Source: Candidatus Hermodarchaeota archaeon | Lineage (GTDB): Archaea > Asgardarchaeota > Lokiarchaeia > Sigyniarchaeales > SOKP01 | Direction: 5' to 3' | DNA length: 32,166 nucleotides | NCBI GenBank assembly: GCA_048885535.1 | Contig: JBHLLO010000033.1 | Location: 1 to 32,166, forward strand | In this document: positions 10,523 to 19,729 of the stretch, piece after piece | Layout of the letters: the number at the start of each line of letters is the position of its first letter | Numbering within the stretch: the first letter of the stretch is position 1 | Program-made: the position numbers and the translations under genes | The notes under the pieces: generated by a model | The model's database searches: none | The model's input: only the letters and a program-made list of their open reading frames with translations | What the model was told of the DNA's origin: nothing

Positions 10523-10617
10523 ATTGAATTTTGGCTCTCCTAAATTACAAATTTCAATCAAGAATTGGACTAAAGATCATTTTAGTATAATGTAGTTCTT
10601 GTCTTATTATAGATAAA

Positions 10618-10926
10618 GTGAGTTTTATTATGTCAATTGTAAAAAAAGGAGAACTTAATTTTTGCCCTTATTGTGGTTCTAAATTAAATAAATCAAAGTA
10701 TAAGACTAATTATTGTCCATATTGTGGAGAAAAGTTAGCAGGCATTTATGATAAACAGCTTGTTTGTACAATATGTCATCAAAAAATAAAATCTTATGAA
10801 CCTTCTCTGAATTGTTCATTTTGTGAAAGTCCATATCATTATAGTTGCGTCTCTAAATGGTTATCAAATTATAATTCCTGTCCTACATGTCAAAATAAAT
10901 ATCTTTATCCAAATATAAAGTACTAA
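10618..10926 (+). CDS. Double zinc-ribbon plus RING-finger protein (putative E3 ubiquitin ligase)
   Basis: Two CPYCG knuckles, then C-x2-C-x12-C-x2-C-x4-H-x2-C-x3-W-x6-CP-x-C. Confidence 0.85.
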   Translation: MSFIMSIVKKGELNFCPYCGSKLNKSKYKTNYCPYCGEKLAGIYDKQLVCTICHQKIKSYEPSLNCSFCESPYHYSCVSKWLSNYNSCPTCQNKYLYPNIKY

Positions 10927-10957
10927 GGAAAAAGAAAAAAAGAATTTTTTTATTGCC

Positions 10958-11599
10958 TTATTTTTTTAAAAGCATATATAATCCATTTTCAAAAAACCAA
11001 AACAGATTAGCAAAAAGAAATAGCCATTCTGTAAGACTCTCTGCTTCAGGGGCTAAACCCCTGATTACACGATTTAATATCAAAAGCACTAAGTATAATA
11101 GAAAGAAAACTGAAACTATAAAATTAAATACTGCCTGAAACTTAGTAAATTCTGTCGATTTCCATTCTAAATAAGTATAGATAAAGAGGTAGAGAATTCC
11201 TGTAATAAAAAATAATAATTCAAACATCAAGTGTACAATATAAACACTGTCAGAATTGAATATTGCCATTCCCATAATTCCAATTGCAGAAAGAATTCCG
11301 ATGAGACATGTTGCTAATAATCCTTTAGAACTAAGATCCTTTTTCTGTAAATATCTCGTGAAGCCAAAAAAGAAAATTATGATAAAAACAGCTGTGATAA
11401 ACCAGCATACGTTAAATAATACATGAAGTGGATTCGAAGGTGTTCCAAGATAACTTATATGGGTTATAAAAAAGCTAAAACCAGGATGCATTAGCATTGC
11501 AGGAATAAGACCAATAAAAAAAATAATTAATCCAACAAATGCGAAATAACTTGCATGAAACTTTTCAAACATTTTATCAAACAATTGCATAAATCTCAC
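10958..11599 (-). CDS. Integral membrane protein (DUF998 / Frag1-DRAM-Sfk1-like)
   Basis: About 6 TM helices; HISYLG, H..F and EW motifs. Confidence 0.7.
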   Translation of the reverse strand: MRFMQLFDKMFEKFHASYFAFVGLIIFFIGLIPAMLMHPGFSFFITHISYLGTPSNPLHVLFNVCWFITAVFIIIFFFGFTRYLQKKDLSSKGLLATCLIGILSAIGIMGMAIFNSDSVYIVHLMFELLFFITGILYLFIYTYLEWKSTEFTKFQAVFNFIVSVFFLLYLVLLILNRVIRGLAPEAESLTEWLFLFANLFWFFENGLYMLLKK

Positions 11600-11719
11600 T
11601 TTTTACATGATATTTTAAAATATTATTTTGTTAAACTGTTATTTATAGATTTTTCAAATTTTAAAATAAGTTTGTTTATGAAAAGTTTCTAGTCCTATAA
11701 TGCTAATTAGCTTAAATCA

Positions 11720-11857
11720 TCACAGGGATTCTATCGAGAGAGATTTAGTAAATTCAGGATCTTTCTTATCAGCAATGGGAATAACTAAATCTACTAAATC
11801 AAGATAATATACACAATAAAACGACTTAAATTCTTTTTTGATTATTTCAGAATTCAT
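11720..11857 (-). CDS. Possible small ORF or gene remnant (45 aa)
   Basis: Read manually: MNSEIIKKEFKSFYCVYYLDLVDLVIPIADKKDPEFTKSLSIESL*, lying in an otherwise empty ~360 bp gap. Confidence 0.25.
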   Translation of the reverse strand: MNSEIIKKEFKSFYCVYYLDLVDLVIPIADKKDPEFTKSLSIESL

Positions 11858-11963
11858 GCTTATTAATATTATATTTGAAACCCATTTAAAAAGAGAGACT
11901 CGATTAATTTAGTCAAGTATTATTGACAATCCAACTAAGGAGAAAATAGTTCAGATCATTAAT

Positions 11964-12854
11964 TCAAACTAAAACACCTTTTACTACCATAATTACTCTT
12001 CCACCAACAGCAATATAGAATTTACCCTCTTTTTCTTCAGCTCTTAAGAGTAATAATGATTTTCTGCCAATTTCATACCCTTGTTCTACTCTAATATTAA
12101 CACTTTTTGTATTGAAATATTCATGCTTTACTAAATAAGCCGCAAGACATCCATTTGCAGAACCTGTGGCAGGGTCTTCAGGGACTCCTAAATATTCAGC
12201 AAAAAAACGTACATTTAAATCATTTTCTTTATTATACGTTTCTGGACAAAACACTAATATGGATTTGGCTTGTGTGTTTTCAATTAATTTATAGTATTTC
12301 TCTTTACTAATCCTGATTTTTTTCATGGCATTTAGAGATTTTAAAGGTACAATTATCGTAGGAACCCCTGTTGAGACTTCTTGAATTTTAAATCGAGTGT
12401 CAAAATCTTTTTCGCTAAGATTTAACACCTCTGACAATACATCAGGTGCAAAAAATCCATGAAAGGAAGGTTCTTTATGTTCCATCCAAATTTCTGTTAA
12501 AATATCTCCCTGATATTTAAATAAAACTGCAATTTGTCCTATTTTGAGGTTCAATAATAGAGTTTTTACTTTTTCTTTAATGAATTCTTTATGAAAGATG
12601 AAAGCAGCTCCTAATGTAGGATGCCCTGCAAAAGGTAATTCCGTTTCAGGTGTAAATATACGAAAACTAAAGTTTTCAATTGATGTTATAAAAATAGTTT
12701 CGGAAAAATTCATTTCTTTAGCTATTCTTTGCATTTCTTCAGTCTTTAAATTCTTATCATCAATTACAACGGCAAGTTGATTGCCCTCGTACTTAGCCTC
12801 AGCGAACACATCTACAATATAAAACTTTAAACCTTCTGACAAATTCTCTTTCAT
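11964..12854 (-). CDS. PhzF-family isomerase/epimerase
   Basis: VDVF..GNQLAV, EMNFSETIF, ELPFAGHPTLG, EDPATGSANG. Confidence 0.95.
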   Translation of the reverse strand: MKENLSEGLKFYIVDVFAEAKYEGNQLAVVIDDKNLKTEEMQRIAKEMNFSETIFITSIENFSFRIFTPETELPFAGHPTLGAAFIFHKEFIKEKVKTLLLNLKIGQIAVLFKYQGDILTEIWMEHKEPSFHGFFAPDVLSEVLNLSEKDFDTRFKIQEVSTGVPTIIVPLKSLNAMKKIRISKEKYYKLIENTQAKSILVFCPETYNKENDLNVRFFAEYLGVPEDPATGSANGCLAAYLVKHEYFNTKSVNIRVEQGYEIGRKSLLLLRAEEKEGKFYIAVGGRVIMVVKGVLV

Positions 12855-12968
12855 AATTTTACACTTACAAATTTACGATTACTTTAATAAGGATATTCAT
12901 TTAAATCTTTTAAGATTCAATATCTATGTAGACTATGTTTTTAAATAAAGTTTATTAATTTTTATTGT

Positions 12969-14132
12969 ATGAATTCTAATGAAATAAATGAATTAAACGA
13001 AAAATCGGGTTCCCAAAAAAAATTTTCGTTAAGAGAATTAGGAGGAGCTTTAGGTGACTGGGGAACCCTAATTCCTTTTATTATTGGTTATGTCTCTATA
13101 GTAGAGTTTAATCCAGCAGGTATATTTTTAACCTTAGGAATTACAAACATAATATTGGGAATAAGATTTAACCTACCCCTACCTGTCCAACCCCAGAAAA
13201 CTATTGGAGCAATTGCACTTTCCCAAAAGTGGAATGTCAACCTTGTAATTTCGACTGGGTTTGGAACCGGTATAGTTTGGACTTTATTAGGATTTTCAAA
13301 AACACTTAATAAAATTGTGAAAAAAATTCCATTGGTTACTGTAAGGGCTGTTCAATTAGGTTTGGGGCTTATACTTGGTTGGACAGCAATTACTCTTATT
13401 ATTGATAACATAATTCTAGGACTTATTTCAATGATAATAATAGTCCTTTTTATTAACAGCAAAAGAATTCCATCAGCAATTATTCTTGTTATATTAGGTA
13501 TTATTCTTCTATTTTACACAAGTAGCATTGTATTGACAGATATAAAATTTACTTTACCTCATTTTGACTTTTTTATTCCTGATCTAGGTAATATCATAAT
13601 TGGAATGATTTTAGCTGGTTTCGCTCAACTCTTCTTAACATTAACTAATGTAATGATCGCTACTATAGTTTTAATAGAAGATTTATTCCCTGAAAAAGAA
13701 GTAAAGATTAGTGCTAATTCTTTAGCATTGAACATGGGAGTCATGAATTTAGTAAATCCTTTTTTAGGAGGAATTCCTTTATGTCATGGTTCAGGAGGTT
13801 TAGCCGCTCAATATGCTTTTGGAGCGCGTACGGGGGGTTCTATGATATTAGAAGGAATAATAGAAATAATTTTAGGACTATTCTTTTCGGATACACTACT
13901 TCTTATATTTAGCAAATTTCCCAGTGCAATTTTCGGGGCGATGTTGCTCTATACTGCATATTTGCTAGTAAATATTTCTTATAAAAATTATACAAAAAAG
14001 ACTTTCATTATAATTTTAATTTCGGGTTTAATTTGTTTTATCTTTTATTTCATAATTGGCTCTTTCAGTATTACGCTTGGATTCTTCACAGCTTTAGCCT
14101 TATATTTTCTTTTTTCTAAAAAAATAAGTTGA
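12969..14132 (+). CDS. Putative molybdate/sulfate transporter (MOT1 family)
   Basis: GALGDWGT, PLPVQPQK, PLCHGSGGLAAQYAFGARTGG; many TM helices. Confidence 0.88.
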   Translation: MNSNEINELNEKSGSQKKFSLRELGGALGDWGTLIPFIIGYVSIVEFNPAGIFLTLGITNIILGIRFNLPLPVQPQKTIGAIALSQKWNVNLVISTGFGTGIVWTLLGFSKTLNKIVKKIPLVTVRAVQLGLGLILGWTAITLIIDNIILGLISMIIIVLFINSKRIPSAIILVILGIILLFYTSSIVLTDIKFTLPHFDFFIPDLGNIIIGMILAGFAQLFLTLTNVMIATIVLIEDLFPEKEVKISANSLALNMGVMNLVNPFLGGIPLCHGSGGLAAQYAFGARTGGSMILEGIIEIILGLFFSDTLLLIFSKFPSAIFGAMLLYTAYLLVNISYKNYTKKTFIIILISGLICFIFYFIIGSFSITLGFFTALALYFLFSKKIS

Positions 14133-14237
14133 AACCTTTAAAAGGATAATCTTTTCTTGGTAGTTATCTTTTTAAGTTTACTTAAATTATCTTTTGAATA
14201 AAAATAATTTTTTCCATTAAAACCGAATTGATTCACG

Positions 14238-15635
14238 ATGGAAAGGAAAACTGATTTGGTGATATACTTACTTATTGGAATTATGTTTAGTGCGTCAATC
14301 CCACCTGTTCTTATTTACGGATTTACAAAAGACAGTAAGGGTTCATACAGAATATCAAAAGAAGGAAAAGATGTTTCTGAAGTTATAATTAATAATCAAA
14401 TTCCATCAGGTAACATAAAATTTATACAAGTAAGTAGTGAAAATTTCATAGTGAGAACAACATGGACCATGACTTATATTGGCTACTATGACCCTCAAAA
14501 ATTTATTATTGTTGATTATGAAATAATTCAATCACAACTTTATGTCTCTATTACTACTAAAATCGATAAGCTCGCTTTTATTAATTCTATTACCAGTTTG
14601 GATCTCACTATATTTTTTAATCCATCTTATGAACTTTATGGTTTTATATCTGATAGTGAAAGAGGAAATATCGAACTTTTAGTATACAATCTTAATTTTA
14701 GTATATTTGATTTAAAATCTAACTCTGGAAATGTTAATGCTCGATTAGATGCAATAAATGTGCATAATGATTTTAAAATATCGACAGGATCTGGAGAAAT
14801 AATCTTAATTTTAGACGATATTTATTTTGCAAAAGATTTTATCTGTACTACTATTTCAGGATATCAAAATTTTGATATTTGGAATATTAAATTTGCTGGA
14901 GAAGCTAAGTTTAAAGTAACCTCCATAATAGGGAGAATTTTTATTTTATGGGCGAACCATTACTTAAAATCTCATATATTGAGTATTGAGTTAGAATCTA
15001 ATAATGATATCTATTTAAAAATGTGGTCTCCAAAAGAAATTATAAGATCCTATATTTCATTTGAAACTATTGATGGAACAACTCGTCTTTCAAAACCAGC
15101 TGGTATTTTTCAAGAAATTGATGAAAATCACTATATAGCCAACAACATTAATGATACAACCGCAGATCCATGCAATATTACAGTTTTTTCTAAACATGGC
15201 TATGGTTGGGTGTTTTATGTAGACTGCTTTAAATGGCAGAGATTTTGTACTTATGGGGATTTTACAGCATATTTTGTTACAAAAACAGGTAGTTATTCAA
15301 TTCTAGAAGCAGATTATAATGTTACAACAATAGAAGTATTTAATTGGAAATATATTTATTTAAATACATATAGAACAATTCCATTAAATATTGAAACCCT
15401 GCCAATATCTAGTGAAAATCTCGTCCATGTAGTATGGAACTTAAAATATAAACACGCTCAAGGCATTGGTGTTGGAGGCATTAGAGTCGGTGTAACACAC
15501 TCTCAAGATGGCGATAATTTAAACGTGAACATAAATCTTAAATTCATATTAGATCAAATATTACCTACATTCTCGATTTGTAACGTAACTGTCTTTTATC
15601 ACCCAAGTTATACTTTTTATAATTATACTATATAA
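14238..15635 (+). CDS. Membrane-anchored/secreted beta-rich protein (DUF4097/adhesin-like repeats)
   Basis: N-terminal TM; repeats S..GNI.L / SNSGNVNA / TGSGEIIL / TISG. Confidence 0.6.
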   Translation: MERKTDLVIYLLIGIMFSASIPPVLIYGFTKDSKGSYRISKEGKDVSEVIINNQIPSGNIKFIQVSSENFIVRTTWTMTYIGYYDPQKFIIVDYEIIQSQLYVSITTKIDKLAFINSITSLDLTIFFNPSYELYGFISDSERGNIELLVYNLNFSIFDLKSNSGNVNARLDAINVHNDFKISTGSGEIILILDDIYFAKDFICTTISGYQNFDIWNIKFAGEAKFKVTSIIGRIFILWANHYLKSHILSIELESNNDIYLKMWSPKEIIRSYISFETIDGTTRLSKPAGIFQEIDENHYIANNINDTTADPCNITVFSKHGYGWVFYVDCFKWQRFCTYGDFTAYFVTKTGSYSILEADYNVTTIEVFNWKYIYLNTYRTIPLNIETLPISSENLVHVVWNLKYKHAQGIGVGGIRVGVTHSQDGDNLNVNINLKFILDQILPTFSICNVTVFYHPSYTFYNYTI

Positions 15636-15698
15636 TTTATTTTTCAATTTTGAACAATAGAATTGATAACTATTTGAACTTTTTATAAATAGATTTAA

Positions 15699-16472
15699 AT
15701 GAAAAAAAGAAATGAAATTCGACAATTAATCATTAATTTATTAAATTCTTGGCCTGCTAAACATTATTTTTTCTATAAGGGTTGGATATTACGATTTACG
15801 GATGGAGTCACTTCCCGAGCTAATTCAGTTTTCCCTCTTAACTATTATGGTAGTAGAAAAACTATTGAATATGATATTGATGTTGTTGAAAAAGCTTATA
15901 AGAAGTATGGTTTGCCTGTAATATATACTATCTATGATTGTCATAAACCTAATTATCTTAGCAGAAAACTAATTAGAAGAAATTATCGAAAATTTGATTT
16001 TACAATTTCTTTGGGTGGTAATGTGAATGACCTTAACATTAAACATACCAATGACAATTATGAATATTCATTTCAAAATGAGCGAACTAGTAAATTTTCA
16101 GAATTTCTATCACAGTTTTCATCTAGATCTAAAGAACAACAGAATATCATAACTAAAATTACTCAAAGAATCAAGATTCTTAAAAAATGTTTTATAGTAG
16201 TAAAATCTCAAAATTTGGTCATCGGCACTTTAATGGGCGTTTTAGATTTAGATGGCTATTTATATTTGGCTGATATTTTTGTTAGCCCAAATTATCGCAA
16301 CCAGGGTATCGCAAAATCGATGATCTATAAAGTTACTAACGAGTGGGTTAATCCCAAGTATATTAATATGATCTGGCTACAGGTTGAAGTTGAAAATGAA
16401 AACGCAATCAATTTCTATGAAAACATTGGACTAAAAGAATTATATAGCTATTATTATTTAACAAATTCTTAA
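15699..16472 (+). CDS. GNAT-family N-acetyltransferase
   Basis: GVTSRANSV N-terminal motif; VSPNYRNQGIAK acetyl-CoA motif A; NENAINFYENIG motif B. Confidence 0.92.
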   Translation: MKKRNEIRQLIINLLNSWPAKHYFFYKGWILRFTDGVTSRANSVFPLNYYGSRKTIEYDIDVVEKAYKKYGLPVIYTIYDCHKPNYLSRKLIRRNYRKFDFTISLGGNVNDLNIKHTNDNYEYSFQNERTSKFSEFLSQFSSRSKEQQNIITKITQRIKILKKCFIVVKSQNLVIGTLMGVLDLDGYLYLADIFVSPNYRNQGIAKSMIYKVTNEWVNPKYINMIWLQVEVENENAINFYENIGLKELYSYYYLTNS

Positions 16473-16491
16473 TTTTTAATGGGGCAAAAAG

Positions 16492-16746
16492 CTAGATTTT
16501 CGAATTTAAAGATCCATTATATTCCCTCATGGCATCCTCAAACTCAATTCTCATCAAGCTTCTGAAAATCGGATTTTTATTTCGAAATGGGATACTTTCA
16601 TTTCCAGAATAAATATCATTCTTACTTTTCTTGTTAAATACTTCAGAAAAGGAAATGACAGCTTTCGATATTTTAAAAACTGTATTTGAGTTTACATCTT
16701 TTATTATTTTTGCGTTTTCTGATATTTCATAACTCAAGGAGAACAC
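16492..16746 (-). CDS. Hypothetical protein, in frame directly after the TAG stop of the upstream gene
   Basis: 84 aa ORF; GTG at 16746 immediately follows TAG at 16749-16747. Confidence 0.5.
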   Translation of the reverse strand: MFSLSYEISENAKIIKDVNSNTVFKISKAVISFSEVFNKKSKNDIYSGNESIPFRNKNPIFRSLMRIEFEDAMREYNGSLNSKI

Positions 16747-17208
16747 CTATTCTCTATAAATATAACCTTCTTTAACTTTCAAATTAAGACCAAGAGATTT
16801 TATTTTCTTCCCATGTGAATAAAATATTTTCTTTATTGATTTTATCGGGACATCAAAATGATCTGCTAAATCCGAAATACTTACAGATTCGACCATTTCG
16901 AAAAATAATGGCAATTCATCAATAATTCCTTTCTCAATTTGTTTGAGGGATTTATCATAGGACAAACTTGCTGTTTCTAAAAGAAGTTCTTGAGTAATTT
17001 CTTTAAACTCTACTCCATAGTTCTCTTTAAGGATATCTGGATTAGATTCAATCCATTGGTGAACAATATTATTTATTGATTTTGATAATGAAATATTTCG
17101 ATTTTCGGCCATCTTATTTATGACTTTATAATCAAATTCATCTAATTTAACGCTGATTCTTGGAGTTTTCTGTTCTATCTCTTCTTGATCCTTATTTTCA
17201 GATGGCAT
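16747..17208 (-). CDS. Ribbon-helix-helix (CopG-like) regulator with C-terminal HTH-like segment
   Basis: RISVKLDEFDYKVINKMAENRNISLSKSINNIV fits RHH; VSISDLADHFDVPIKSIKKI is HTH-like. Confidence 0.75.
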   Translation of the reverse strand: MPSENKDQEEIEQKTPRISVKLDEFDYKVINKMAENRNISLSKSINNIVHQWIESNPDILKENYGVEFKEITQELLLETASLSYDKSLKQIEKGIIDELPLFFEMVESVSISDLADHFDVPIKSIKKIFYSHGKKIKSLGLNLKVKEGYIYRE

Positions 17209-17284
17209 TATTGACCGACAAAATCTTTATTGATCAAATAATAAGCAAATCTGTTTATAAATCTTTGCATTCCTTATACAAAAA

Positions 17285-17302
17285 TGCATCACAAGTGATG
17301 CA
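17285..17302. promoter_or_regulatory. Perfect inverted repeat TGCATCAC-AA-GTGATGCA, candidate operator in a divergent promoter
   Basis: 8 bp arms, GC-richer than background, roughly midway between divergent starts 17208 and 17387. Confidence 0.6.
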
Positions 17303-17386
17303 ACATTTAAATATAAGTAATGTTATTTGTATAATATCAAAATATCACTAGCATATTTCATACAAATTTAAAGAAGATAAGAAGGT

Positions 17387-18037
17387 GTGTGTAAAATATT
17401 AGAACTTTCATATCCCCAACTTGAAACTTTAAATACCAAAGAGCGCATAACCGTTGATTTAATAAAAGATGGTCAAGATTATTTGAAAAAGTTTGAGATT
17501 AATAAGGATCTGCTATTAGACACCGTCTCCCTTGTATATAGATATTTACGAGTAAATAGGAAAATTCCTCATGACCTTTACAAATTTTTTATCTCAGCAT
17601 ATTATATAATTTCTCGGCACCCATTTGCTTTTCCTGCCCATGAACCAAAGAAAGAATTTTGTAAAAAGTTCAATATCCAACAAAGTTCATTAGAATATTG
17701 TGTAGATAAAATTACAACTGCTTTGGATTATATACGAATTTTGGATGACATGAATTATCCTTATTATATTGATCCCAAGCGGGATATAAGTTTAGGGATA
17801 ATAAAAAAGATGATAAAAGATAAAGTAGATAAATGTATGATGAAATTCTTACTTTATCATCAAGCAATTAACTCCCAAATACTTACGGAAGAATTAATAT
17901 GTGAAATAGTTTTTGAACAAAAAGCGTTTCCTGAAGAACTTTTTCGTCAGCTATACGAAATTGTAATAGTATTAGTAGAGAAGGAATTTCGAGAATATCA
18001 TGAATACGTAAAACTACAGCGCAAATACTTTATTTGA
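17387..18037 (+). CDS. Hypothetical protein with TFIIB/cyclin-like helical repeat
   Basis: FISAYYIISRHPFAFP....KEFCKKFNIQQSSLEYCVDKI resembles the TFB cyclin-repeat consensus; no Zn ribbon. Confidence 0.55.
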   Translation: MCKILELSYPQLETLNTKERITVDLIKDGQDYLKKFEINKDLLLDTVSLVYRYLRVNRKIPHDLYKFFISAYYIISRHPFAFPAHEPKKEFCKKFNIQQSSLEYCVDKITTALDYIRILDDMNYPYYIDPKRDISLGIIKKMIKDKVDKCMMKFLLYHQAINSQILTEELICEIVFEQKAFPEELFRQLYEIVIVLVEKEFREYHEYVKLQRKYFI

Positions 18038-18042
18038 ATGTC

Positions 18043-19044
18043 TTAAAAGCCAGTTCTCAAGAGTTTTAACGACATTAGGAAATTCTGATTTGAAAATAAT
18101 CGATGCTTTATTTTTATGGGATCAGCATATTCATATTCTCTATACAAACAACTTCTGAAGAAGTTTTCATCCCATTCATTTAGAGCTAATGCTATATTTA
18201 AGAATTGTTTTTGCAGGTTAGTTGGAGCAGAAAATTCCCGAAAATGCAGAAAGGGACCGAGCCCAATGTTAGTTTTACGTTTTCTTGGAAGCCAACGTAC
18301 TTCTGAGATTTTAGTATGTACAAATTTGCCATCTCTGTTAAACCTTGAACATAAGCGATTTGAAGTTAAATAGATTCCTACTAAATTAGGGTCGTATCCC
18401 CGTTTTCTTCTTAAGCGATAATGAAAATTAAAAAGAACAAACAAGTTTGGTTTGAGGCGTACAATGAATTTGTCATTAAAAAAGATCCAGCTTACAGGCA
18501 ATGCAATACTGATAAGTAAGTATAGAATTATCATACTTTGAATGAAACCACTTAATTGACTACCGTCAAATTGAATTACTCCAAAATCAACATAAAGAAG
18601 TAAAGCAACGGATCCAGTATTCAGCATTAAAAATAATAAACTACTAGTATATCGTTTTTTAAATTCAAAACCAATGTTATTTACTTCTTTTTTTAAGAAA
18701 CATATCAAAGAGGGGGTGAACTTCAACCGAATTAACTTAATAAGATAGATAATTACATACAAAGATATGCTGAAGAATGCCCAACCGACTGTTAGATTAA
18801 ACGAGTATTGTCTAATAGCAGAAACGTAAATTTCATTACTTATAATTATATTGGGTTGATAACATAAGATTAAATAAATTAGGTAAATTCCCAGAATCAA
18901 AACAATACTGATGAATCCCTTAATCGCTTTTCGATAATATTCTGCCTTAATTATCCTCAATGAATTAACTATACGGTTCTCATCCTCAAAATCAATATTT
19001 GCATACATTTTATTATCATTTTTACTTATCATTTGCCTGACCAC
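18043..19044 (-). CDS. Membrane protein (about 4 TM) with basic cytoplasmic C-terminal domain
   Basis: Four hydrophobic stretches; start overlaps the upstream gene end by 16 nt. Confidence 0.75.
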   Translation of the reverse strand: MVRQMISKNDNKMYANIDFEDENRIVNSLRIIKAEYYRKAIKGFISIVLILGIYLIYLILCYQPNIIISNEIYVSAIRQYSFNLTVGWAFFSISLYVIIYLIKLIRLKFTPSLICFLKKEVNNIGFEFKKRYTSSLLFLMLNTGSVALLLYVDFGVIQFDGSQLSGFIQSMIILYLLISIALPVSWIFFNDKFIVRLKPNLFVLFNFHYRLRRKRGYDPNLVGIYLTSNRLCSRFNRDGKFVHTKISEVRWLPRKRKTNIGLGPFLHFREFSAPTNLQKQFLNIALALNEWDENFFRSCLYREYEYADPIKIKHRLFSNQNFLMSLKLLRTGF

Positions 19045-19493
19045 CTCTTTGCCTTTTCACTCTCTTCTTGTGGGGTTAACCAATATTTTTGGACAATTTC
19101 TCTGAATATTGTCAAATCTGGATTATCCTTTTCATTTAGAGATACTATATGAAACTTTTCAGTTTTCTTCTCAATATTAATATAATTTTCCTTTTCTAAA
19201 TATTCAAAAGCATGAAATAACTTTTCTAATCGATCAATATTTAAGCTATGCATAATGTCGGTTTTATTAATAACAGTACTTTCTTTCTGAAGTTTAGCTA
19301 AACTCATTAAAACTTGGCCTCCTCTAAGGGAAGCTATGTTTGTTAATTTATCAAAAATTCTACTTATCACCTTCAATAGATTGTCAAAGTCATTGTAGAA
19401 ATCAATTTTTCCTTCTCCTTTCAGTTCTAATTTATCATTTATATTTGCTAATCGATATTTATTTACAAATTCTTGATATGAAAGAGTCATCAT
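19029..19493 (-). CDS. Winged-helix DNA-binding protein (putative regulator)
   Basis: INKTDIMHSLNIDRLEKLFHAFEYLEKENYINIEKKTEKFHIVSLNEK matches helix-turn-helix plus beta wing. Confidence 0.65.
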   Translation of the reverse strand: MMTLSYQEFVNKYRLANINDKLELKGEGKIDFYNDFDNLLKVISRIFDKLTNIASLRGGQVLMSLAKLQKESTVINKTDIMHSLNIDRLEKLFHAFEYLEKENYINIEKKTEKFHIVSLNEKDNPDLTIFREIVQKYWLTPQEESEKAKRWSGK

Positions 19494-19562
19494 ATGATCT
19501 ATATCTTACCTATTATAAAAAAATACCATTTTATTAAATGTAATTACTGAGAGGGATACTTT

Positions 19563-19606
19563 TAATACTGTATTACTGGATTATTGTAATACTTTTCCGA
19601 GTATTA
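19563..19606. promoter_or_regulatory. Two inverted repeats sharing a TAATAC half-site upstream of the wHTH gene
   Basis: TAATAC-T-GTATTA (19563-19575) and TAATACT-TTTCCG-AGTATTA (19587-19606). Confidence 0.4.
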
Positions 19607-19699
19607 TTTTATTTATATATTTCAACTAAAACAGATTATTTTCTTTAAATGGTTCTAATTCCAGAATTGGAGTCTATTGTAAAAACTTATTAACAAAAG

Positions 19700-19712
19700 A
19701 AAAAAAAAAAAA
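19700..19712 (-). terminator. Oligo-U archaeal-type terminator downstream of the solute-binding protein gene
   Basis: Run of 13 T on the minus strand starting about 18 nt after the stop at 19730. Confidence 0.55.
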
Positions 19713-19729
19713 TTTAAATATTTTAAATT

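Noticed and set aside
11964-12854. Phenazine biosynthesis cluster
   Set aside because: No other phz genes; lone PhzF-family proteins are widespread
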